A DNA stretch of 64,000 bases from Felis catus (Eukaryota): NCBI RefSeq assembly GCF_018350175.1, contig NC_058368.1:42038001-42102000 (forward strand), given 5' to 3'. Positions 1 to 10,860 of the stretch are shown here, one piece after another (position 1 is the first letter of the stretch; each line of letters opens with the position of its first letter). The notes beneath the pieces are model-generated. The model was not told the DNA's origin. It was given only the letters and a program-made list of their open reading frames with translations, and searched no databases. The position numbers and the translations under genes are program-made.

Positions 1-118
1 CAGGCTCCAGGCTCTGAGCCATCAGCCCAGAGCCCGACGCGGGGCTCGAACTCCCGGACTGCGAGATAGCGACCTGGCTGAAGTCGGACGCTTAACCGAC
101 TGCGCCACCCAGGCGCCC
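1..118 (-). mobile_element. CAN-SINE, young SINEC_Fc-type (5' part; cut by window edge)
   Basis: Reverse complement reads GGGCGCCTGGGTGGCGCAGTCGGTTAAGCGTCCGACTTCAGCCAGGTC...; Pol III A and B boxes present and CpGs retained. Confidence 0.95.
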
Positions 119-576
119 AGGAAGATTTCTTTTCTTTAACAACAATCTCAAGACAAAATAACTGTCTTGACTGGGTTTTCCTTTAAATATGAACAAAAGT
201 ACTTATCTGTTGAAAAAATACTAAAAATTTATGAGTTGACAGATGGAAAGAAAGAGAAGGAGATAAGCTCTGCATTTCTTTTAATAACTAAAAAAGCATA
301 TATGAATGTGAGTGAAATGGACTCTATATAAGTGCTCATTGCCTCAATGGATTTTTCCACCATTTTAATTCTGAAAGCCATCCAAAAAGTTGTATTCCTT
401 CCTACAATGTCTTCTTCTCTGGTAACTACAAGGGACTCTGCCATGGATGACCCCTTGGGTCATGAGAGAAAATACAGAATCACAGCCTGAATTGCAACAA
501 TAAAACCATTGGGTCAAAACCGATGACCCAATGAGTAACCCCCTGACAAATGATGCTCAGTTTCTTGATCATATGT

Positions 577-577
<1 letters not shown>

Positions 578-607
<30 letters not shown>

Positions 608-618
608 AAGAAGAAGAA
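578..618. repeat. (AAG)n microsatellite
   Basis: Near-pure AAG run seen directly. Confidence 0.95.
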
Positions 619-670
619 AAGGTGGTACAAAACAGCTGTACAGAGTAAGTAATAGAAAAGAGGCCTTCAA

Positions 671-788
671 GGGACATCTGGGTGGCTCAGTCAGTTAAGC
701 ATCTGACTTTGGCTCAGGTCATGATCTTGTGGTTCATGAGTTCGAGCCCTACATCAGGCTCTGCACTAATAGATAGAGCCTGCTTGGG

Positions 789-875
<87 letters not shown>

Positions 876-925
876 GTCCCGCTAGCTCTCCCTCTCTCTC
901 TCAAAATGAATAAACTTTATAAAAA
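671..925 (+). mobile_element. CAN-SINE (older type) with long (CT)n expansion
   Basis: tRNA-like head GGTGGCTCAGTCAGTTAAG, (CT)n ~793-870, AATAAA/A tail; TSD AAAAGAGGCCTTCAAG at 656-671 and 926-941. Confidence 0.95.
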
Positions 926-3363
926 AAAAGAGGCCTTCAAGCATCTCCTTATTCTCACAAACAGAAAACATTTAAAATATTAGGTCTGTTTAATAAAATT
1001 CTAAATCTTAAAGAATACATTCAATGCTGAGAAATTTGTAATAAGACAACGTTGGCTAGAATTTTTTTCATGCAATCTTCTTAATGTGTATTCTCTTTAT
1101 GTAGTCAATCCATTAAAAATATTCAGTTTGTGTTTTAAAAATTCCAATGCAAGAAAATATAAGCCACTCTGACCATATAATGATTTATGAAGGAAATACG
1201 TATTTATGATAAACATAATTAAATAATGCTCAGAAACAATATAAAATCCTTACAAAAAACACTAAAATTTATTTATTACACAAATCTTTTACTTAGGTAA
1301 ATAATTTGTTGCAATGGCAATTGGTAGATACATTTTGATGCAGAAAGACTAATGACCTTCGCTGGAGTCAACAAATATCCTAGAATATATTTACTCCCAA
1401 TAGAGTTTAATTTCATATTACGATGATTAATCAGAGTGAATGACTTTATTTTCTGCTGCTTTAACTACAAGAAATGATCTCTTCTGTTTTTATCCTATTA
1501 TAAGGATCGTTACAAAAATGGGAAACAATTAACACCGGGTTTAATGCCTGAGTGCTATAGAGCTGAAGTAATTGCACTCAAGGTCTGCTAACTTTTTAAT
1601 CAGGCATTTGGTTGCAAGCTGCTCGCAATTGATTCTGAGAGAACTAACACTATCTAAGGAGGAAAGCAGGTGTGCCAGAAAAGCAGGCATGTTGGCAAAA
1701 CAAATGAAAGATTTTAAAAGGAAAAGGAAAAAAATGCAAAACCAAAGAAAAATGCTTGTCAGCAGGCCATTTACTTGGCTCAGACTGTTACTGAATAAAG
1801 CCAGTTGTGCACACAGGCATGTTGGTGGAAGCCCCATTGGCCTACTGCTATCAAAGTGTAATACTAACGCTTAGCAATGAGGAGCCCTGTCCATCCCAAT
1901 ATTAGTGAATTCAGTTAATTAACAGAGAAGGCTTGAAATTTCCATATTCAGTAGAGTTGAGACACCATCAGAGGTTTCTGGAATTACATTCTAATTAGAA
2001 AAAGTTCCCTCTTCTTTGCATCCAGGCTACTCTTTGAAAAACAAATTTGGTTAGGTACTTTGTTCTCTCTTAAAAGACAAAAAAAATCTACAATTTCCTC
2101 CAAAAGCTAATGACATTTTTCTTTTTCTTTTTTAATAAGTGTCACTCTCCAACTGTGAAACTGACTCCTTCTAGGCATGTGGCACACATTTAAAGGTGCA
2201 TGCATTTCTTAAGAACACTGCAGGGTAGGGGACATTTCAAAAATGCCCTCCTCCTCCACAGTCCCTTGAAAAGGGAACTTCCAAGAGTTAATGCTCCTGT
2301 GCTTTCCACTAATAGGAGAATAATCTGACAAGAAGTAGACAAATATTTATAAAATTCCAAGTTAGAAATTTCTTAGAATGTTTAGGTACGCTGTAGATCT
2401 CCCTTTACACAGACAGAGGAAAACAAATGACAGGTTTGGCCATTTACCTGGTGAATTCTCAGAAGGTTGCCACTGCTTTCTTGAGTCCCCAGAAGAAAGC
2501 AAGAGCATTTGAACATTTGCCCCAGAAGAGCAAATCAGAGTAGAGAGAATAAGAAAAAGAAAACAGCAGAAAGGAGCTTCTGAAAGCAACATCCTGTGTG
2601 CATTTTAACTACGTGTGTGTGCCTGGGCCACCAGGCAATCTACATTAGAATCTGTTAGGATGTCTCAGTATGTAGAGATAAATGGATCTAAAACACGATA
2701 ACCATTTATATGAGTTTCCACTCTAGCTCCACTTAACTTATGGAAGACTCCGCCCATTTGTGTGCATCACTTAACTTCCCAAGAGCTCTTCCTTATTCTC
2801 TTCTTCTGTAAACAGTTCTCAATGGGTCACCACAGCATCTGCTGTTTCTAGGTGAAGGGCTAATACAAATGAAAGAAAGTCATCTGGCACCAATCCATCT
2901 GCACATAAAGCTCCTTAATCATATGGGACCCTCACATGGGTATCAACCCTAGCAGTTCAGGAAGTAGGAGGAGAATAAAGAGACTAGTGGACAAGGATAG
3001 CTCAGATGTCACAAAAATGGTTTTTGTGAGATTAACAACTATGCACTTTCTAATTCCAAATGTGACTTTAAACAAAATTGTCATTCTCTGTGCAGAATTT
3101 TATAGCAATTGGATATCCTGTATTGAAGCAATCTTTTGGAATCCAGTAGATCTGAATGGGGGGTGTATTTCATTCCAATAATTCATGGAAAGATATTCCC
3201 ACAATACTCCTCCTGACAGTGGAGCAAGGAAAGGCATCCCAAAGACCGGGGCTCATTTCTGAGTGCCAAGTGCCATCACTTACATGGATTAGCTGTCCAT
3301 CAAGTTGTCTGTTATAAGCCTAATGTTAGTCTTCAAGTGTCTCCACATCAAAGAAATCTATCA

Positions 3364-3576
3364 GGGGCGCCTGGGTGGCTTGGTCGGTTAAGCATCTGAC
3401 TTCAGCTCAGGTCATGATCTCACAGTTCATGAGTTCAAGCCCCACATCGGGCTCTGTGCTGACAGCTCGGAGCCTGGAGCCTACTTTGGATTCTGTATCT
3501 CCCTCTCTCTCTGCTTCTCCTGCACTTACAGTCTCACTCTCTCTCAAAAATAAGTAAATATTAAAAAAAAATTAAA
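3364..3576 (+). mobile_element. CAN-SINE (felid type)
   Basis: GGGGCGCCTGGGTGG head, CT tract, A tail; TSD AAGA(A/T)ATCTATCAGG on both sides. Confidence 0.95.
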
Positions 3577-4369
3577 AAGATATCTATCAGGAAGAATTTG
3601 TCTTTGCTAGACTTTGATATTTTGTGTTGAGTGGTTTGAGTTTTCTCAAGTTGTTTATAACAATCAAATTTATTTTCGGAAAAACATTATTGGATGAGTT
3701 GGTTGAATGATGTCAATATCATTAATTATATTTAATTTTTCTGCTTAAAAAATAATACAATAAGAAACACTATTATGTTAAGTTGTATTTAATTTTTGAG
3801 TATTTCTTATATCTATTCTAATTTCCCAAGTAGAAATAAGATAAATTTATTTTAGCTTATGAGATACCTATAGTTTTTAAAGATTGCTTATTCATTTGTT
3901 CCAGTCCATTGCTTAAACTACCAAATAAGCAATTCTTAAGGGTAATGTTTAGTCATGATCCTTTACTGGTTAATTTACTTTTTATTTCCATGTCCTTTCC
4001 TCAATACACACGAATGTATACACGTATAGTTATCAATTTTATCTTTTCTCTATATCCATTAATAAGAGTTATCTTAAAGTTTAAAACACCACCACCATTA
4101 CGTCTCATGAGCACAATTTAAACACCCATTTCTTAAAATGCATACATGCATTCTAGATTCAAGATGTGTCATATAATCAATGTGCTAAGAAGGTATCATA
4201 CTGTAATTTGTCAGCATTATTTTCTTAATGGTACATAAAACAATGATACTCTGTACTTCGCAATCTATGCCTTCTCAGAACTGATGAAATACTATCTTAA
4301 TAGCCAAGAGAAGAAAAAAAAAATGGAACTGACATTTTTTAACATTTATTACTTTCTGGTTACTAAACT

Positions 4370-4500
4370 AGGTACTTTATACTAATGATTATATTCAACA
4401 AACTGACTTATAAACTAGTATCCTCTTTTTGCAGAGCAAGAAATAGACTTAAAGAGGTCCAGTAATAACTTGCCCCAGGTCGTATTTTTAAGTGCAGTTA
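4370..4500 (-). mobile_element. MIR fragment (degraded)
   Basis: Resembles antisense MIR core (TTTGCAGAGCAAGAAATAGACTTAAAGAGG...AACTTGCCCCAGGTC). Confidence 0.5.
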
Positions 4501-5153
4501 TCAGGGTCAAATCCCTTGCCTGTTATTTGCATGTACTGTCTCCATTGCATAAACAAAACAAACATAACAAAAACAAAGGGAAAACCTAAATTATCTCCAA
4601 TGACAGGACAAGTAACTAAAATATTTAAAGTGATAAAAATAGAAAATAACCAATGCAATGATAAATTGACTAATTTTCCACTAGTTTATAAGTACCATGA
4701 AGACAGGGTCATGTTTGTTTTACTGTCAAATATATCCCAATCTTACAAGCTGTGCTCAGTGTGTATTGACTGAGTCACAGAATTTCAGTCTCCAGTGAAG
4801 GCTGATTTTGTGCATTCACCATTTATCCAAAAGGAGGTCTAACACCATCAGAGTCATCAGACTCCATTATAAGTCTCTCATCCTTGGGAGGACCCATGTT
4901 CCAAGTAATTCCAGAATGATTTATGGAAAAATAAATATGCTAAAGCAGATGTTGAAACATTTGAAACCAGATGCAGTTTAATGTGGTTTATCCCTCCATT
5001 TAGGGTACATGTTTTGTGTGTTTGACAGAAGCAAAGAAAAGAATGCCTATTCTTTAGCAGGTTTTAATTTTCTTCTCCAATTTGAAATCACATACATCCT
5101 GCTGCATTTTCCTGGAGTGACTTTTTAAACATTTATTTGCAATTTGTTTCTTT

Positions 5154-5374
5154 TTTTTTATAATTTTTTTTCAACATTTATTTATTTTTGGGACAGAGAG
5201 AGACAGAGCATGAACGGGGGAGGGGCAGAGAGAGAGGGAGACACGGAATCTGAAACAGGCTCCAGGCTCTGAGCCATCAGCCCAGAGCCTGATGCGGGGC
5301 TCGAACTCACGGACAGTGAGATCGTGACCTGGCTGAAGTCGGACGCTTAACCGACTGCGCCACCCAGGCGCCCC
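5154..5374 (-). mobile_element. CAN-SINE, young SINEC_Fc-type
   Basis: Full length and CpG-rich; perfect 16-bp TSD TGCAATTTGTTTCTTT at 5138-5153 and 5375-5390. Confidence 0.97.
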
Positions 5375-6102
5375 TGCAATTTGTTTCTTTCCCCTGCTCC
5401 CTCTACACCCTCCCTTCCCTGCTCAGGTATCTTCTGTATCTATTCTTCTCTTGTTCTCAACTCCACTCATGGAATTATTAAAAATGTGGCCTCACTGCCT
5501 GAGAAGGGATAAATATTTAAATCTTTCCAATATTCAGAGACATAGAAGTGCCTAAATCTCATTCTTTCCTTCTCTCTTTCTCTCCACCTTTTTCTGTGAG
5601 TTGAAAATGCTAACACACCATTGTACACTTGAGCAAATCATAGCTTGTTGGGGCTAGGGATATGGAAGAATGCTGGAGGAACAGAAATTTTCCAGCCTGG
5701 TAAGTGTTCCTTGGAAAAATGGGATTATTTATCTTATTTTAAATGCGTTTAGCAATAGCTTCGTTCACCCAGAGAAACAAGAGCAATACTAGTTACTTGC
5801 ACTACAGAGTTGAGGTCTTTATTTTTCCACGCTTGTCTACATTGGGTTTGCTTTTTTTTTGTTTTCATTATTCTTACTAATTCATCATTTGATTGTCTGA
5901 GCAACAGGCTATGTTGAGACAAGGTGGCCTGAGATTATGAAAGAAGTGTGTTCCAATATTGATCACTGATTATTATTATAATGACCTATGTACTCAAATA
6001 TCTGATTTCAGTGTCCAATAAATTTACATGTAAAACTTTTTTGAAGCAAAACAAACAAATTTGGGAGGGGGGTTGAAGTTTTTCTTTAATATTTAATTTC
6101 TA

Positions 6103-6313
6103 GGGGTGCCTGTGTGACTCAGTCAGCTAAGCATCCTACTTCAGATCAGGTCATGATCTCACAGGTCATGAGACAAGCCCCATGTCAGGCTCTGGGCTGA
6201 CAGCTGGAGCCTGGAGCTTGCTTCAGATTCTGTGTCTCCCTCTCTCTCTGCCCCTCCCCTGTTCGTGCTCTGTCTCTCTCTCTAAAAAAAATAAACATTA
6301 AAAAATTAAAAGA
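6103..6313 (+). mobile_element. CAN-SINE
   Basis: Head, CT tract and A tail; imperfect TSD AATATT..TTTCTA. Confidence 0.93.
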
Positions 6314-7160
6314 AATATTATATTTCTAACTGCAGTGGTAGTTTTAAGGTTACAAAATGCAAATTATTTTAGTGATGTTTTTTAGAAATACATCTAGCAA
6401 TATTCACAATATGTTATCAGCCATTTAGCATGAATAACAGATCTAAAACAATTCATATAGAGTATTAAAAGAAAATAATTCTTGAAAATACAAGGGAGGA
6501 ATATCAATAAAAAGTCAAAATTTAACAATTTTGCATTTATAAACAAAAAAGTGAAAAACCAAGTCCATGTATGAATCTTCCCCCCCCCCTTTTTTTTCCT
6601 GAGGTGAGGATTTCAATTTGGTGATATGTTGGCTTAGCTATAGCTGCCACTTCTTATTTCCTTTAATAAGGAAATCAAAATTAAGAACTAAGAATTTCAA
6701 GATGAAGAACCTTATTTCTTACAGAAAGCTAACCAAGCATTTCCCTCTCCTGGCTGTAACTGCAGAATTGAGAGAACTCCAAAGCCTGACACTTTGATAT
6801 GAATTCTAGTGCTAGGAGGATGAGTGTCCTTCACTTTGATCTTCACTTCCAGGAAGTCACTTTAAGTGACACTTTCATTACCCCTCACCAGCTCTTCCCC
6901 AAAGCTCCCTGTCTTTCACAGGAGGTGAATGAGAACTCTGACTAATGGCACCAAGATCTTCTGCTGAACAAGATCGTTTGTTTGTGCAGTTGCGGGATCT
7001 TTTACTAATTAAAATCGCTTTACCACGGAGAGGTCCCCTGAGGTTTACCCTTATTTATCTGAGTTAGACCATGATTTCATGGTCGAATCAACCCTGGGAC
7101 CATAATTTGTTTCATAGTTCAAATGAAAAAAGTTGAAACTAAATTGATAAAATTGATAAA

Positions 7161-7368
7161 ATTTTAAATGTTTTATTTGTTTTTGAGAGAGACAGAGACA
7201 GAGTGAAGGTGAGGGAGGGGAGAGAGAGAGGGAGACACAGAATCTGAAGCAGGTTCCAGGATCTGAGCTGTCAGCACAGAGCCCCTTGTGGCGCTTGAGC
7301 CCATGAACTGCGAGATCATGACCTGAGCTGAAGTTGGACACTTAACTGACTGAGCCACCCAGGTGCCC
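7161..7368 (-). mobile_element. CAN-SINE
   Basis: T-rich tail, GA tract, ends ...GAGCCACCCAGGTGCCC. Confidence 0.93.
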
Positions 7369-7733
7369 TGGCTCTCATTTTTATCCACACGCAAATACCT
7401 AAGTTCATCATAAACCAAATAAGTTCATGTGCAGATATACAAACTGATATGAGAAGCTAAACCCTATCTGTGGACCAGTGGAGCTGACTAACTTCCAAAT
7501 ATGCAAGGGGGAAGGGTGGACTTTGAACAAACTACATTTTCTGGCTGATTTACACTTCTAACCATATAGTTCTGGAGTGCAAACAGCATAGTCCTTTGGG
7601 GTTAACCAACACATACTTTTTAGGATATAATCACTCAAAGCCAACCAATAAAATAGCTCAGGCTGACATTCCCACATTAGATCAATGCAATGACATGCTG
7701 GAAAATTATCATTAGTGTCACGTGCTTTGTAAG

Positions 7734-7735
<2 letters not shown>

Positions 7736-7787
<52 letters not shown>
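7736..7787. repeat. (TG)n microsatellite, ~26 units
   Basis: Pure TG run. Confidence 0.97.
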
Positions 7788-7789
<2 letters not shown>

Positions 7790-9397
7790 GGGAGTAAGAA
7801 TAGGAAGGCTTCCAGAAATTTTAATCCCTTCAGTGCAGCTAATAGCTTTGAGAAGAAAACTCTTAGGTATATAAAAGATGAGACCCAGAAGGACTAGTAA
7901 AATGAATGATTCAAAGGCAATGTAGAAAACAGAACTTGAATGTCAAAAACTAAACAAGTCTTCTAATTAAATGGATTGTATAAGATATTTCATATTCAGT
8001 GTCCCGCAAGGGACCAGCATGTAGCAAACCTTCAGACATGAGTGAAAAGGTAACAGGAAAGGATGGATTGGCAGATGAAGCATCAATGGGTGAAGGAAAG
8101 AGGTGGGATGGGACTGTGGCTTGTTCTTCTTCAGCTCAATCAGTCAAGGGCAAATAGGAGAAGACAAAGAAAGTAAGACCTAAATAATTCTGTTTCATAA
8201 CATGGTAGGGTACATGAAAATAAGTAAGGAAAACTATGAGAGAGAGAATTAGTGGCTAAGACTTATAGCTAATTTTGAATTGAAACATTTCTAGCTTAGA
8301 TTTCAGCTGTCCTTATTTCCAGTAACCATAGATTATCAGGAGTTCTCTTACAATTTTAAAAATAAGTAACAATGTTGCATTATTTAATGCTAAATGACAC
8401 AATTCAGTACCTTCTTTTTTCTGCATCTTTTTGAAAAATTGGTCTCAAAAGGAGAATCTTAGCAATGATAGCTTAAATGATGTGAAGGGAAGTAAGCAGA
8501 TAACACAGTAAATTTGTCCTGTTCCTGGTTAGGTCGTAGCAACTATTGGTATTTTGGGCATATGATATTTCATAAATATTTTGGCAGATTGCTCATTTAC
8601 ATTACCTAGGAGATTATTGTCCTGGGATATTTAAGGTGTATATTCATCCAAAGCAAACACACAAACACACAACTTGGAATTCTCTATAATCATTACTATC
8701 ATTTCAGGTTTAGGGACCTCTGAAGGCAGCAGGATCCTTACAAATGTCAAGAAAAAAATCTGGGCAGAACCTGACAGCATGAGAGAAAAATGCTGCTGAA
8801 TTAGCACTGTCTGGAAAGGCCTTGGGGAATAGACCATATATTATCATCTTTGGTAGTCAGTGTCAAAAAGAGGTTGGATAAATAAAGATGAAGGTTTTCA
8901 TGACTTAAGTCAATATCTTCGCTAACGTAGAAAAGTGGCCTATAACCTAAAGCATACATTTTTTTTCATGGAATAAAAGGATATACATACACATCTTTCT
9001 GCATGCATCTTACCTGTACCACTGAGCTTTAAATTATTACTATAACTCCCTACACATGAACTAGGTGCATAGAAAGAATCCAGACATGAAAATTTGCTAA
9101 TTTTGTACAGTCTTTATCCTAATATCCTAAATTTCTTTCAAATATACAGTTTAATCTGGTTTATTCTGTAATTCATAATTTCCTATTGTGAATTACAGAC
9201 GTGCACAGGCCTTGAAGTTTCCATAAAGTCCTTGTTAGGTAGAGTCTGATCTAAAATGAGGCATATGTTAAAGCTTCTTACACAAGGCCAGACTCTCTTC
9301 CTGCTCTGCACCCCACAGTGCTCATTCGAGTGAAGAACCATCTTTGAAGGCAATAGGAGCTTCTTGCTTGGCTGAGCACCATGGAGCTTGGAGCAAG

Positions 9398-9400
<3 letters not shown>

Positions 9401-9430
<30 letters not shown>
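9401..9430 (+). repeat. poly(A)30 tract not attached to a recognisable SINE/LINE
   Basis: Seen directly. Confidence 0.95.
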
Positions 9431-9434
<4 letters not shown>

Positions 9435-10239
9435 CACATACTTTCAACTGTAATTCTGCTAGCAGGGCACACTGAATCCATCCAACCAGACCAGTGAGGG
9501 ATAAGTTCACTAGCCCCCTAGCTACATAAAAAATACAATCTTGTCGAATCAGCCAATAGTTGTTCCCATTTAAAAATGAGAAAACTGTTTCTAAACAGCT
9601 TCAAGATTTATTTTATTGAAATTCTCTTCTGAATAATTTGTCTGCATGCATACATAATTATGCCATTTACAGTCTGTAGAATTTTGTCTATCGTGGATAA
9701 GGACAAATAAGAAATTCATTTTATTGAGTTACCATTAAAATAACTTACAGCAAGGCCAGCAGGTCAAAAGAGCATTAGTGGCAGTTTGTTATGACTTCAG
9801 GGAAAGCTGGAGGTTGCGCATAGATACTCTTGTCCTGCCATCAGCAATTTTCAGATCTCTTCCCAGAGTGCTACTTGCTTTTTTCAAAATAAAGACTCAA
9901 ACATCTTACCTAACATCTACTAACTTTTTAAAAATTAACAAGTTATTCAAGTGATTCAGATACACCATCAAGTTTAGGGACCATTGCACTAGACGGTATT
10001 GTGGCTCCTAAAAACTTCTATGATATTCAAGACAGAATTCATTTTTAAAGTTTTCTTTCTAAAAAGAGAAAAGTGACTCCTTTCTCCTTTAAACTATGAT
10101 CTGTATTCCCCACGGATAATAATATGCTTAGAAGTGCAGATATAGTTATAAACATTGTAGCCTTCTGATGTCTACTCTATGTGACATATCTCCCATCCAC
10201 TCTTTCTTATCACTTCTCTTTTACTATCTTTGTTTCAGC

Positions 10240-10860
10240 ACTTACACTCTTTCACCTGGAATATTTCTAGGCCTCTCCCTATCCCTGCCATCCCACTCCC
10301 AGTCTTTCTCCCATATAACATAAAAAATGATCTTCCTAAGGTGTAAGTAAGATATGCTATGCCTTACCAGTACTACATAACACAAGATACACTTCTCACA
10401 CAAGCTTTGAAGCTCTCTGGAAAATTCCAGCCAACTCATCAATGTTGTTCTTGGATTATTCTCTTGAACCAACATTATTCTTTTGCCAAAGTAGAAAGCT
10501 AGTTACTTTACTGATTGTGTTCCATATTTTACCGATTCCCCATTTTCTCCCTTAACTGTTTTCTCATCCTGTTAGTTCCACATGTATTGCCCACTTGCTG
10601 CCCAAATCCTTCTAGTTCATTAAGATCTAAATCAAATTTTACCTCTACAAGGAAGATTTCCGTGGTGTCACCAATATACACCATTTCTGCCAGCTGTAAA
10701 TGTACTCCCTTTGCTCTGTTTATCTTGTTGTTATTTAATGTACCTGTGAGGTACTTGGCATTGCCTGATTATTATTTATATGGTTATTCTATGTCCAGTA
10801 TTGTCCTCTATACATGCTTTCCCCTTGTATATGCTCAATATAATTTTAAATTGAATTACT
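10240..10860 (+). mobile_element. L2 LINE 3' region (degraded)
   Basis: Pyrimidine-rich L2-like text (TGATCTTCCTAAGGTGTAAG; AAATCCTTCTAGTTCATTAAGATCTAAATCAAATTTTACCTCT; GCTCAATATA..TTGAAT end). Confidence 0.6.

Noticed and set aside
7067..7084. 8-bp-arm palindrome GACCATGA-TT-TCATGGTC (also TTAACTAGTTAA at 56771-56782)
   Set aside because: Palindromes of this size are expected several times by chance in 64 kb of AT-rich DNA
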